Positions 31,004-42,074 of a stretch of DNA of 64,000 nucleotides are shown piece after piece. The position numbers and the translations under genes are program-made. Position 1 is the first letter of the stretch. Each line of letters begins with the position of its first letter. The stretch lies in NCBI GenBank assembly GCA_905206345.1, contig CAJLGW010000001.1, forward strand, positions 27,670-91,669, in the 5' to 3' direction. The notes below the pieces were generated by a model. It ran no database searches. It worked only from the letters and a program-made list of their open reading frames with translations, and was not told where the DNA came from. This DNA is from an uncultured Sutterella sp. (GTDB taxonomy: Bacteria > Pseudomonadota > Gammaproteobacteria > Burkholderiales > Burkholderiaceae_F).

Positions 31004-31870
31004 ATGAGTCAACCCTCTCGAGCTGTCACTCTCGTCTCCTGTGGCGTTTTATTTAATGAGCAAGGCCAATGTTTAATCAGTTCTCGCCCGGAAGGCAAGG
31101 TCTATGCTGGGTGGTGGGAGTTTCCGGGCGGTAAGATGGAATTTGGTGAAACGCCTCACGCAGCACTTGTTCGTGAAATGAGAGAAGAGTTAGGCATGAA
31201 AATTCATGCGAGTTCTCCCTGGGTTACGGTTATTCATGAGTATCCTCATGCCTGTGTGAAATTGCATTTTTTGCGTTGTTGGGACTATAGCTGCGAGCCC
31301 CGGTCATTGGAACATCAGTCCTTTGGTTTCTTTGATTTAGATAAGTGGCCGGAACCCATGTTGCCGGCAACGAAACCCTTGGCCCGTTGGTTGGCACTTC
31401 CCAAACATTGGATGCGCTTAGAAAGTGATAAGGAAACGATTTTAAACGCTTTAGAAGCGCAAGATGGTCGTCAATTTGACGCAGTTATGCTTGGCGTGAA
31501 AAATGCGTCAGAAATCGATTTTTGGCGCTCTGAGTTGGAACGATTTGGGGTAAAGAGTTTCTGGGTTAGCGCAAAATGCTCTGAAGAACTTCAAAAGCAA
31601 GCCGATGGTGTGTATTTGGAAGAGGTCGAAGACTTGCCCTTGGCAATGCATGAAAATATTGCAGGCCCCGCAGAACCGCAAGCTTGGGATGCCTATGAAC
31701 AAGCCGGTGTTTTATTTGCTTGGGCACCTGAATTTGTTCGTGTTGGATCAAGTGCTTGGGAGCGACTTTTGATGGAAAATCCGCTTCCTATTTATTTAAG
31801 CAATGTTCGAATCGACAATGAAAAACATTTGCGCCCGCATGGGGCGCATGGTTGGATTGAGAAAATCTAG
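31004..31870 (+). CDS. MutT-like Nudix hydrolase with extra C-terminal domain
   Basis: WEFPGGKMEFGETPHAALVREMREELG Nudix box; about 150-aa C-terminal extension ending HGAHG. Confidence 0.85.
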   Translation: MSQPSRAVTLVSCGVLFNEQGQCLISSRPEGKVYAGWWEFPGGKMEFGETPHAALVREMREELGMKIHASSPWVTVIHEYPHACVKLHFLRCWDYSCEPRSLEHQSFGFFDLDKWPEPMLPATKPLARWLALPKHWMRLESDKETILNALEAQDGRQFDAVMLGVKNASEIDFWRSELERFGVKSFWVSAKCSEELQKQADGVYLEEVEDLPLAMHENIAGPAEPQAWDAYEQAGVLFAWAPEFVRVGSSAWERLLMENPLPIYLSNVRIDNEKHLRPHGAHGWIEKI

Positions 31871-32095
31871 CTATTTCTTTTGGCTCTTTTCTTCCGGTAT
31901 GGAGGAAAAGAGCTTTTGGGCTAATTCGTCGGCTTCGTTTGAAGAGTTTTGCATGGCTTCGCCACGAATGACATAACTGTCACTGGCCCATTCACCCAAA
32001 TCAATTAACTTGCAGCGTTCACTGCAAAACGGTCGATAGGGGAACTTATCTGACCACTCAACAGACTTTCCGCACGTAGGGCATTTAACGATCAT
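31871..32095 (-). CDS. yacG: DNA gyrase inhibitor YacG
   Basis: CPTC...[17 protein letters not shown]. Confidence 0.95.
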   Translation of the reverse strand: MIVKCPTCGKSVEWSDKFPYRPFCSERCKLIDLGEWASDSYVIRGEAMQNSSNEADELAQKLFSSIPEEKSQKK

Positions 32096-32721
32096 ACCGG
32101 TTCTCCACTTTTGGGGGATTGACTGGCCATTTGAAGGTAAAAGTCGTGTAAACGCGTTACTTGTTGAGTGACGTGTTCTGGCGTTGATTCATTCACAATG
32201 ACTTCGTTGGCAATGGCTTTACGAGCTTCGCGAGAGGCTTGACTCATAATGATGGCTTGCGTTTGTTCGCGCGATAATCCGGAGCGTGCCATAACGCGTT
32301 CAATTTGTGTTTCAACCTCACAGTCAATCACTAAAACACGATCACAACGATCGAGCCAAGCAGAACTTTCTGCCAAAAGGGGAACGACCAAAATTACGTA
32401 CGGTGCGTCACTATGCTGAGCAATTGAAGCCATCGCCACTTGAGCAATGAGCGGATGCAAAATGGCTTCAAGCGCTTGTCGTTTTTCTGCATCTTTAAAA
32501 ACCAATTCTCGCATCTTGGCGCGATCAAGTTGACCAGCGTCGTTAAAAATTTCATCGCCAAACTTTTGATGAATTGCATCGATGGCAAGTCCGTTCGGTG
32601 CCGTGAGGGCATGACTGATGAGATCGGTGTCGATGACAGGAACACCGAGCGAAGCAAATGCGTTACTGGCTAATGTTTTGCCGGCACCAATGCCGCCGGT
32701 AAGACCAACAATCCAAGGCAT
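32092..32721 (-). CDS. coaE: Dephospho-CoA kinase
   Basis: [24 protein letters not shown]. Confidence 0.96.
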   Translation of the reverse strand: MPWIVGLTGGIGAGKTLASNAFASLGVPVIDTDLISHALTAPNGLAIDAIHQKFGDEIFNDAGQLDRAKMRELVFKDAEKRQALEAILHPLIAQVAMASIAQHSDAPYVILVVPLLAESSAWLDRCDRVLVIDCEVETQIERVMARSGLSREQTQAIIMSQASREARKAIANEVIVNESTPEHVTQQVTRLHDFYLQMASQSPKSGEPV

Positions 32722-32815
32722 ATTATCCCTTTGTCTGAGAATTCAGTGAAACTGAGAAAAATTATACGTTGGAAAAAATTTGAAGGATAGGAAGAAAGAC
32801 TGATTTGGAGAAAAT

Positions 32816-32848
32816 AAAAAAGCGACCTTTGAAAAAAGTCGCTTTTTT
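32816..32848 (-). terminator. Terminator downstream of tRNA-Pro
   Basis: AAAAAAGCGAC...GTCGCTTTTTT inverted repeat. Confidence 0.75.
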
Positions 32849-32854
32849 GAAATC

Positions 32855-32931
<77 letters not shown>

Positions 32932-32946
32932 AATTATCCGTCATTG

Positions 32947-33942
32947 CTAGACATCTCTCTCAACAACGAAGGATAATAATTGTATCAGGGAATTTTTGAA
33001 AATGCAAGGAGAAATTGCATTTAATGCATTTTTGCCATTTTCTAATTCCATTTTTGCGCGTTTTTTACAACGATCGATGGCATTGGTACGACGGATAATG
33101 GCCGAAATTTGTTCAAAATCTCCGTGGCCATTGCGAATAGCATCTTCGATGAAGGCCTTTTCTTCAGGAGTCGTTTCTTCCAAGGCATAGATCACCGGCA
33201 ACGTGACTTTACCTTCGGCAAAGTCTGCTCCAATTTGCTTACCACTTTGAGCAGGGTCTCCCGAGTAATCCAAAATGTCATCGGCAATTTGGAAAGCGTT
33301 ACCCAAAGCCATGGTGTAATCCACCAGAGCTTTTTCTTGTTCGGGGGTAGCATTGGCGATGGCAGCGGCCATCTTGGCAGCGGCCGCAAAAAGAACAGAG
33401 GTTTTGCGCTCAATGACACGAAGGTAGCGTTCTTCATTAACGGAAGGGTCGTGTGCATTTTGCATTTGAATGACTTCGCCTTCGCTCAAAACATTGGCTG
33501 CACCCGATAGTGTTTCCATGACTTTGAGGTTGCCGATACGCACCATCATTTGGAAGGAGCGCGTGTACATGAAGTCACCCACCAAAACAGCAATGCCGTT
33601 ATTCCATTTGGCGTTGGCCGTTTCACGACCTCTTCTCATCATGCCTTCATCAACAACATCATCATGCATGAGTGTTGCCGTATGAAGCATTTCGATTGTG
33701 GCGCCTAACTCTTGGTGAACGGTACCTTCATAGCCGAGAGCCTTGGCCATCAACATTAATAAGGCAGGGCGCATTCGCTTGCCACCGGCTTCGGTGATAT
33801 AAGCACCGACTTCTGCCACCATCGGGCTTTGACTATTTTGTAGTTCCTCGTGAAGGATGCGGTCAACGGCACGCAAGTCCTCGGCAATAGGAGCTAGGGC
33901 AGCTTTTACGCTACTGATTTGAGAAGATTGAGTATTTGTCAT
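32947..33942 (-). CDS. ispB: Octaprenyl/polyprenyl diphosphate synthase
   Basis: GGKRMRP, LMHDDVVD, FQIADDILD. Confidence 0.93.
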   Translation of the reverse strand: MTNTQSSQISSVKAALAPIAEDLRAVDRILHEELQNSQSPMVAEVGAYITEAGGKRMRPALLMLMAKALGYEGTVHQELGATIEMLHTATLMHDDVVDEGMMRRGRETANAKWNNGIAVLVGDFMYTRSFQMMVRIGNLKVMETLSGAANVLSEGEVIQMQNAHDPSVNEERYLRVIERKTSVLFAAAAKMAAAIANATPEQEKALVDYTMALGNAFQIADDILDYSGDPAQSGKQIGADFAEGKVTLPVIYALEETTPEEKAFIEDAIRNGHGDFEQISAIIRRTNAIDRCKKRAKMELENGKNALNAISPCIFKNSLIQLLSFVVERDV

Positions 33943-33980
33943 AATCCGAGAATTATAAGCGAAAGCAAGGTGTTGCGAGC

Positions 33981-34012
33981 AAAAAATAGGGGAGGACTTT
34001 TTTATCCTCCCC
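33981..34012 (-). terminator. Terminator of the PiT gene
   Basis: GGGGAGGA...TCCTCCCC hairpin with a U-run on the minus strand. Confidence 0.7.
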
Positions 34013-34030
34013 AATGAACCAATCCGCTAC

Positions 34031-36256
34031 TTAGATTTTGTCATCGTTTTCATCGTGATTGAGTTTTTGCAAAAGCATCGCGATGATTTCGTAGTGATTG
34101 ATGAAGTCTCGAGCAAAGAGCAAGAACGTTAAATAAAGCTCGCAACCACGAGAAGAGATACCGGCATCGGGTCCCATTCTCAAGAGCTTTTCTTGAATTT
34201 CTTCCGTGCGAGACATCAACTTCACAGCATTTTTGCGCAAAGCATCAATGTCACCGCGACCGTTAACATTGCCGACCACTTCGACTAACAACATGGCCAA
34301 ATCAGCTAAATCCTGTCCCGGTTCACCCGTGAAGGTGCGGTGACGGTTAGCAATATGTTCTTTGGTCAAGCGTGACAAATTCTGTAAGGAGCGACCAACT
34401 TCACGCAAGTTCGTGTACGTACGGAAGTAGGCATAGCGTGCATCGAAGTCTTCCTTCGTTGGTTTGTGACGAGAGTTGGACATGCGGTAGTAGACGCTAC
34501 GTTCTTTCGTGAGCAAATCAAAGTGCTCATTGGTAGCTTCCTTCGCGCGACGCAAACCGGATTCGCTGTCGTTTAAGAAGTTTTCGACGATGTTGTTAAA
34601 GAGACTAACCGTCGTGCAGAGTTCCTCGCCCACACGCTTATTGAGCAATTCACGAATCATCGGAACGTCGTAGCGAACGTTACGTTCGGCCTTGTAAGCC
34701 ATTTCTTGGCGCTTGAAGCGTTGATTGGAACGAACTAAGAGGAAAATAGCAAAGAGCGACAAGAGGAAGGATAAGGGGCCACCGCCGAAGAAGATCAACG
34801 TACAAATCGTGCCAGCCAAGGTACTTGCCGTCAAAGCCGTGACGAACCAACCGCTAATCACGGTCAAAACACCGGAGATACGATAAACAGCGGTTTCACG
34901 ATCCCAAGCACCGTCAGCAAATGAAGAACCCATGGCGACCATGAAGGTGACGTAAGTCGTGGACAACGGCAACTTCAAAGAGGTGGCAGAGGCAATCAAA
35001 ATAGCGGACAAAACCAAGTTCACAGAGGCGCGAACATAGTCAAAGGGCAACGGTTCTTCGTCTTTTTCCAAGGCTTTAGGAACAAAGCGCTTGTTTAAAC
35101 CATTTTGAACCGACATCGGAATAATTTGATGAACAATATTGTTTAAAACGATACCGGCACGAACAATCACGCGACCCGGTAAGGAAGAACCAAAGAGTTC
35201 GTGATCGCTTTGTTGAGAAGATAAGTTCAAAGACGTTTGCAAAACACGGTGGGCCTTCTTAGAGAACCACAACGTTAAACTCATCACGAGACCGGAAGCC
35301 AACAAAAAGAACGTATTGGTAGAGGTCGGCTCCAATAAGCCACCCATCATAAATTGTTTATCAGCAACACCGGAAACTGACCATTGCTCCCAACTATCTA
35401 AAGCTGCCAACGGGACACCGACGAAGTTCACCAAGTCGTTACCGGCGAAAGCAAAAGCCAAAGAGAAGGTACCGGAGAGAATAACAATCTTGAAGATATT
35501 GACCTTAAAAGCCATCATCAAGATTTGGAAGAGAATGCTCAAGCTCACAAACATGAGTGAGGCAATCATAAACGTATTGTCATTAATCCATGCGACCCAT
35601 TCCGGTTGCATGAAGCTAGCATTCTTGGCGCCCTTCATGATCAAGAAGTAGGCGATAGCCGTAACACAGAAACCACCGAAGATACCGCCGATTTTGCGAT
35701 AAGCGCCTTCAAAATGGAAGGAGAATACTAAACGAACAAGGTACTGAACAATCGCACCGGAGAAGAAAGCGACAACAACGGAAATAAGAATACCGGAGAT
35801 GATGGTAAGAGATTTCGTGGTGTTGATGTAATTGAAGACTTCAGCGAAAGAGCCGTCACTTAAATAGATCTTGAACAAAGCGGCAGCAATGGCACTACCG
35901 AGCAATTCAAACACAATGGAAACCGTCGTAGAGGTCGGTAAACCAAGAGAGTTGAACGTATCTAATAAAATGATGTCGGAAATCATCACCGCAAAGAAGA
36001 TGATCATGATTTCGCTAAACGTGAACATTTGCGGGTGGAAGACCCCGGAGCGGGCAATTTCCATCATACCCGAGGAGAACGTAGCGCCCAATAAAACACC
36101 GAGTGTGGCAACCCACATTGTGGTGCGGAATCGAGCGATGCGGCAACCGAGCGCTGAATTTAAGAAGTTCACAGCGTCATTACTCACGCCGACAAACAAG
36201 TCAAAAATCGCAAGACACCCCAAGAAGCAGAGCATTGCAATATAGTAGTATTCCAT
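34031..36256 (-). CDS. Inorganic phosphate transporter, PiT/PHO4 family, with soluble C-terminal helical (PhoU-like?) domain
   Basis: GVSNDAVN and FAGNDLVN signatures; GLPTSTT and LPLSTT; 741 aa. Confidence 0.9.
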   Translation of the reverse strand: MEYYYIAMLCFLGCLAIFDLFVGVSNDAVNFLNSALGCRIARFRTTMWVATLGVLLGATFSSGMMEIARSGVFHPQMFTFSEIMIIFFAVMISDIILLDTFNSLGLPTSTTVSIVFELLGSAIAAALFKIYLSDGSFAEVFNYINTTKSLTIISGILISVVVAFFSGAIVQYLVRLVFSFHFEGAYRKIGGIFGGFCVTAIAYFLIMKGAKNASFMQPEWVAWINDNTFMIASLMFVSLSILFQILMMAFKVNIFKIVILSGTFSLAFAFAGNDLVNFVGVPLAALDSWEQWSVSGVADKQFMMGGLLEPTSTNTFFLLASGLVMSLTLWFSKKAHRVLQTSLNLSSQQSDHELFGSSLPGRVIVRAGIVLNNIVHQIIPMSVQNGLNKRFVPKALEKDEEPLPFDYVRASVNLVLSAILIASATSLKLPLSTTYVTFMVAMGSSFADGAWDRETAVYRISGVLTVISGWFVTALTASTLAGTICTLIFFGGGPLSFLLSLFAIFLLVRSNQRFKRQEMAYKAERNVRYDVPMIRELLNKRVGEELCTTVSLFNNIVENFLNDSESGLRRAKEATNEHFDLLTKERSVYYRMSNSRHKPTKEDFDARYAYFRTYTNLREVGRSLQNLSRLTKEHIANRHRTFTGEPGQDLADLAMLLVEVVGNVNGRGDIDALRKNAVKLMSRTEEIQEKLLRMGPDAGISSRGCELYLTFLLFARDFINHYEIIAMLLQKLNHDENDDKI

Positions 36257-36312
36257 TTGAAATCTCTAGTTTTTCATTATGCGGAAAGACTTTTCGGCCA
36301 GGCCAAAAAAAG

Positions 36313-36355
36313 TTGTGACAAGTCTATGACATAATTGTGACAAGAATATGACAAA
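36313..36355 (-). promoter_or_regulatory. Tandem Pho boxes (PhoB-type direct repeats)
   Basis: TGTCA on the minus strand four times at exact 11-bp spacing (plus-strand TGACA at 36316, 36327, 36338, 36349). Confidence 0.8.
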
Positions 36356-36390
36356 AATAGCTATTTTTTTCATTTTCTTGGAGATTTAAC

Positions 36391-36424
36391 AAAAAAATAG
36401 CGCCACAGTGTGACTGTGACGCTA
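36391..36424 (-). terminator. Terminator of obgE
   Basis: TAGCGTCACAGT-cac-ACTGTGGCGCTA followed by a U-run on the minus strand. Confidence 0.75.
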
Positions 36425-36450
36425 CGTTTGCCAAAAATTAGGCTTTTTTC

Positions 36451-37587
<1,137 letters not shown>

Positions 37588-37692
37588 CTACCTAAACTAT
37601 TGACAGAAAAAGCCATGTCATTCGACATGGCCTTTTTCTTTAATAAGGTGTCTCAAAAATGAGACAGAAGGATCGAATCCCTAATGCCTAAA

Positions 37693-37950
37693 TTAGGCGG
37701 GGATAACCTTCACGAAACGGTTATTCTTCGGGCCCTTGACCTCGAACTTGACCGTACCGTCAACCTTAGCAAACAACGTGTGGTCGCGACCCATGCCGAC
37801 ATTGTCGCCCGGGTGGAATTGCGTACCACGTTGACGAACGATGATGCCACCGGCGTTGATGGCTGCATCACCGAAAACCTTTACACCAAGACGCTTAGCT
37901 TGGGAATCACGACCGTTGCGGGTAGAGCCGCCGCCCTTTTTATGTGCCAT
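37693..37950 (-). CDS. rpmA: 50S ribosomal protein L27
   Basis: [16 protein letters not shown]. Confidence 0.99.
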   Translation of the reverse strand: MAHKKGGGSTRNGRDSQAKRLGVKVFGDAAINAGGIIVRQRGTQFHPGDNVGMGRDHTLFAKVDGTVKFEVKGPKNNRFVKVIPA

Positions 37951-37977
37951 TTTGTATTACTCTCTAAAAAGTCCAAA

Positions 37978-38289
37978 TTAAGCTGCGATCGTTTCGATCT
38001 TGAGCTCAGTGTAGTTTTGACGATGACCAGCGCTCTTGATGGAGTGCTTACGACGACGCATCTTGAAGATGCGGACCTTGTCGTGACGGCCATGAGAGAC
38101 GACCGTAGCGGTGACGCTAGCGCCTTCAACGAAGGGAGCGCCAACCTTGAGTTCGTTACCGTCGGAGACAGCCAAGACTTCAGAAATGGTCACTTGGGAG
38201 CCGACTTCAGCGTTCAAGGATTCAACCTTGAGCTTTTCACCAGCAGCGACGCGATATTGCTTACCACCGGTCTTGATAATTGCGTACAT
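37978..38289 (-). CDS. rplU: 50S ribosomal protein L21
   Basis: [12 protein letters not shown]...GHRQ. Confidence 0.99.
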   Translation of the reverse strand: MYAIIKTGGKQYRVAAGEKLKVESLNAEVGSQVTISEVLAVSDGNELKVGAPFVEGASVTATVVSHGRHDKVRIFKMRRRKHSIKSAGHRQNYTELKIETIAA

Positions 38290-38482
38290 TTAAATACCTC
38301 GCCCGTTTCGCTCAGCCAACGCACTGTCTGCGAAACCTTTTTATTGTTAATCGGTCGGACAATATGTCCGCCTACTATTGCGTGGAGAAGCGGATTATTT
38401 CACAAATCAAAGAGTTATGCAAGTTAATCTTGCGTTTTTTCAATAGAAATTTGTAAGGCCCGAATCTTCGGGCCTTGGCGCA

Positions 38483-39004
38483 TCAGAAGCCGTAAAGCAA
38501 CCAGTCCTGGCTGGGCTTACAACGTCGATCATCCGGACTAAATAAATGGGGGGCTAAATCCGCCAATGCTTTGCGATAGACATCATGCTTGAAATCAATC
38601 ACATCACGCAACGGAACCCAATAGTCATTCCAGCGCCAAGCGTCAAACTCCGGCGTGCCAGAGGCGTACAAATTAATTTTTTCGTCCGGAGCATTCATTC
38701 GCAATAAAAACCAAATTTGTTTTTGCCCGCGGTACATCGAACGACTCGTTCGGCGGAAAGGTTCCGGAACATCGTAATAGAGCCACTCATTTGTGTGAGC
38801 GATAATTTGTACATCATCACGCGTTAAACCAATCTCTTCATAGAGCTCGCGCATTAACGCGGTCTCTAGGTCTTCGCCCTCGTCGACACCGCCTTGAGGA
38901 AACTGCCAGGCGGGCTTATGGATTCGTTTGGCCCAGAAAACTTTATTGTCTCTGTTAACCAAAATAATCCCGACGTTGGGGCGGTAGCCATCGCTATCCA
39001 ACAT
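38483..39004 (-). CDS. rppH: RNA pyrophosphohydrolase
   Basis: GYRPNVGII, WQFPQGG, RELYEEIG, GQKQIWF. Confidence 0.96.
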   Translation of the reverse strand: MLDSDGYRPNVGIILVNRDNKVFWAKRIHKPAWQFPQGGVDEGEDLETALMRELYEEIGLTRDDVQIIAHTNEWLYYDVPEPFRRTSRSMYRGQKQIWFLLRMNAPDEKINLYASGTPEFDAWRWNDYWVPLRDVIDFKHDVYRKALADLAPHLFSPDDRRCKPSQDWLLYGF

Positions 39005-39099
39005 AAAGGCCTCAAATTCTCTTAAAATCTCTTATTTACTCCACTTTTTAAAAGTAGAGTGCATATTAGAAAAATTTTACATTAAACCGCGAGAAAACA

Positions 39100-40839
39100 A
39101 TGCGTGCTACTTCTTTTTTTATTTCGACGTTAAAGGAAGCTCCTGCTGACGCCGATGTTGCTAGTCAACAATTTATGATCCGTGCCGGGATGATTAAACG
39201 CTTGGCTGCTGGTATCTATACCTATATGCCGATGGGTTTGCGTTCCATTCGTAAGACGGAACAAATCATCCGTGAAGAAATGGAACGTGCCGGCGCAATT
39301 GAACTTCTTTTGCCGGTTGTTCAACCCGCGGAACTTTGGCAAGAGTCTGGTCGTTGGGAAAAGTACGGCCCGGAATTGCTTCGCTTTAAAGATCGTCATG
39401 ATCGCGACTTCGTGATTCAACCGACAGCAGAAGAAGTGATCACGGATTTTGCTCGTTCTGAAATTAAATCATGGCGTCAATTGCCGGTTAATCTTTATCA
39501 AATCCAAACGAAGTTCCGTGATGAACGTCGTCCGCGTTTTGGTGTGATGCGTGGTCGTGAATTCACGATGAAGGATGGTTACTCCTTTGACCGTGATCAA
39601 GAAGGTGCGTTAATTTCCTATCGTAAGATGTACGATGCTTATCAACGCATCTTTAAGCGTTTAGGTTTGGATTTCCGCGCCGTGGCAGCCGATACGGGTT
39701 CTATCGGTGGTGACAGCTCTCATGAATTCCAAGTGATTGCTGATACGGGTGAAGATTTGATTGCTTACTGCCCCGAAAGCGAATACGCCGCCAATATCGA
39801 ATTGTGTCCGGCTCAAAGCTTGATTGAAACGCGTCAAGCCGCTAAGGAAGAAATGCAAAAGGTTCCGACCCCGGGTCGTGAAAAGTGCGAAGATGTCGTC
39901 GAACTTTTGGGTAAAGAATTGACGACTTCGATGAAGTCCGTGATTTTGGCTGCTGATCGAGTCAATGAAAAGGGTGAACCGTTGCCTGCCCAAATCGTGA
40001 TGATCATGTTGCGAGCTGATCACGAACTCAATGAAGTAAAGGCCGGTAAATTGCCCGAATTGAAGGAAGGTTTCCGCTTCGCCACAGACGCTGAAATCGT
40101 TGCAGCCTTCGGTTGCAAGCCTGGTTACTTAGGCCCTGTTGGTATCAAAGAAGACATCGTGGTCTATGCTGACTTGACGGCAATGAACATGAGTGACTTC
40201 ATCTGTGGTGCCAACGAAGAAGGCTTCCACATCACCGGTGTGAATTGGGGTCGTGATTTGCCTGAAGCCAAGGCTGCTGATTTACGTAACGTTGTTGAAG
40301 GTGATGTGTCCCCGGATGGTAAGGGTACGCTCAAACTCCAACGCGGTATTGAAGTCGGTCACGTGTTCTATCTCGGTCGCAAGTATTCCGAAGCATTCGG
40401 TGCAACGTACTTGGATGAAACGGGCAAACCTCAAGTTATGGAAATGGGCTGCTACGGCATTGGTGTGACGCGCCTTTTAGGTGCAGCCATTGAGCAAAAC
40501 CATGACGAACAAGGCATTATTTGGCCCGATTCTATGGCACCGTTTACGACGGTCATCTGTCCGATGAACTACGGCAAGAGTGAAGCCGTTCGTGAAGCTG
40601 CCAATAAGCTTTATGAAGACATGAAGGCCGCTGGTATTGATGTCATCATCGATGATCGTGATATGCGTCCTGGTGTGATGTTTGCTGAGTGGGAATTGAT
40701 TGGCGTACCGCACCGAGTTGTGATTGGTGAACGCGGTCTTAAGACGGGTGAAGTGGAATACGCTCACCGTCGTACCATCAAAGACAAACAAATGGTCAAG
40801 TTGGACGAAATCGTTGATTTCATCAAAAACGCTCACTAA
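39100..40839 (+). CDS. proS: Proline-tRNA ligase
   Basis: [10 protein letters not shown], insertion editing domain (GCKPGYLGP), MGCYGIG. Confidence 0.98.
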   Translation: MRATSFFISTLKEAPADADVASQQFMIRAGMIKRLAAGIYTYMPMGLRSIRKTEQIIREEMERAGAIELLLPVVQPAELWQESGRWEKYGPELLRFKDRHDRDFVIQPTAEEVITDFARSEIKSWRQLPVNLYQIQTKFRDERRPRFGVMRGREFTMKDGYSFDRDQEGALISYRKMYDAYQRIFKRLGLDFRAVAADTGSIGGDSSHEFQVIADTGEDLIAYCPESEYAANIELCPAQSLIETRQAAKEEMQKVPTPGREKCEDVVELLGKELTTSMKSVILAADRVNEKGEPLPAQIVMIMLRADHELNEVKAGKLPELKEGFRFATDAEIVAAFGCKPGYLGPVGIKEDIVVYADLTAMNMSDFICGANEEGFHITGVNWGRDLPEAKAADLRNVVEGDVSPDGKGTLKLQRGIEVGHVFYLGRKYSEAFGATYLDETGKPQVMEMGCYGIGVTRLLGAAIEQNHDEQGIIWPDSMAPFTTVICPMNYGKSEAVREAANKLYEDMKAAGIDVIIDDRDMRPGVMFAEWELIGVPHRVVIGERGLKTGEVEYAHRRTIKDKQMVKLDEIVDFIKNAH

Positions 40840-40887
40840 TGGAAGTAGAACTCAGGCGCTTGTGTTCTGAGTTCTTTTCCATCCATG

Positions 40888-40919
40888 AAAAAAGCCACCA
40901 GATTTAGGTGGCTTTTTTT
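40888..40919. terminator. Bidirectional terminator between proS and the HU gene
   Basis: AAAAAAGCCACC-agattta-GGTGGCTTTTTTT. Confidence 0.85.
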
Positions 40920-40937
40920 GTTCAATCGCTGAAGAGA

Positions 40938-41231
40938 TTAGCGCTTGCAGCACTTCTTCTTAGCAACAGCGGCCTTGAAGGCAGCGCCAGCGGTGAACTT
41001 CGGCAACGTCGTGGCCGGGATCTTGATCGTTTCGCCGGTAGAAGGATTGCGACCTTCACGAGCTGCACGTTGAGCAGCCTTAAACGTACCAAAACCAATC
41101 AATTGGAAGCCGTCGCCCTTAGCAACAGACTTAACGATGGCGTCAAAAACGGAATCGATAACGCGACCAACTTGGGCCTTGGAGAGTTCGTTTTCTTCAG
41201 CAACGATAGCGATAAGTTCTTGTTTGTTCAT
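40938..41231 (-). CDS. hup: HU family DNA-binding protein
   Basis: [21 protein letters not shown]. Confidence 0.96.
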   Translation of the reverse strand: MNKQELIAIVAEENELSKAQVGRVIDSVFDAIVKSVAKGDGFQLIGFGTFKAAQRAAREGRNPSTGETIKIPATTLPKFTAGAAFKAAVAKKKCCKR

Positions 41232-41410
41232 TGGTGCACTCCTTATGAGAAATTCTGAACGAGAACAACCCTAATATACAGCATCTAATCCCTTGATAAC
41301 TAGGGGATTGTGTAAAAAAATCCCGAAAAAATGATTTTTTTTTCTCTTTTATCAAAAAAAACTCACTTTGTTGTCTTTTGGAGACATTTTCAAAGATTTA
41401 AATCACAAGA

Positions 41411-41442
41411 AAAACGGCTGAAACCCTTTGATTTCAGCCGTT
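41411..41442 (-). terminator. Terminator ending the tolQRA-orphan transcript
   Basis: AACGGCTGAAA...TTTCAGCCGTT hairpin with a U-run on the minus strand. Confidence 0.7.
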
Positions 41443-41466
41443 GATAAGCCTTTTAAAGACTTTTTT

Positions 41467-42057
41467 TTACTTTGTTTCTTTTTCTTCTTCGGGAACGTTT
41501 ACAGACTCATTTTCAAAGTGAGCGATTTCCACATAGTAGACTCGACGGAAAACGTCATAAGCCAAAGAGACTTGCTTTAAAGCTTGGACTTTAGTGCGTT
41601 CACTCACTTTGTCGTATTTTTCACCATGAATAACCTTCAAGAAAGCATCAGACAAGTCTGCTTTCTTAGCTTCGGGAACCAAAGCTTCTTTTACTAAAAG
41701 CTTTCGTGTTTCTTCATAGCGTTGCTTGGCCTCGGGCGTTAATTGACTCAAAAGTTTTTCCGTTAAGGTCATTTCCACCGTTTGGTGCATATGAAAAAGT
41801 GTCTTTTTGACGAACTTTTCATTTTGACGATATTCTTCAGATTCCGTCATTGCAGCAAGCATACCGATGGCTTCAAGCATAGCGGCCCATTGAGCATTAA
41901 AGTTGCGCGTGGCTTCCGGATTGAAGAAACGGAAAAACGGCAAAGGAGCGTTGACAGCATTAGCCACTTCGCCAGAGGTGAAGCGAACGAGATCTCGGAC
42001 GCAGCCACCGTAGGAAAGGCCAAGACTTTCTGCAAATCGTGAATTGAATTTATGCAT
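41467..42057 (-). CDS. Hypothetical protein (soluble, likely helical)
   Basis: GGAG RBS; 17 bp after tolA; 196 aa; no recognised motif. Confidence 0.75.
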   Translation of the reverse strand: MHKFNSRFAESLGLSYGGCVRDLVRFTSGEVANAVNAPLPFFRFFNPEATRNFNAQWAAMLEAIGMLAAMTESEEYRQNEKFVKKTLFHMHQTVEMTLTEKLLSQLTPEAKQRYEETRKLLVKEALVPEAKKADLSDAFLKVIHGEKYDKVSERTKVQALKQVSLAYDVFRRVYYVEIAHFENESVNVPEEEKETK

Positions 42058-42074
42058 AACTTACTCCAACAAGA

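Noticed and set aside
37684..38427. 247-aa plus-strand ORF
   Set aside because: Antisense to rpmA-rplU; a common spurious frame.
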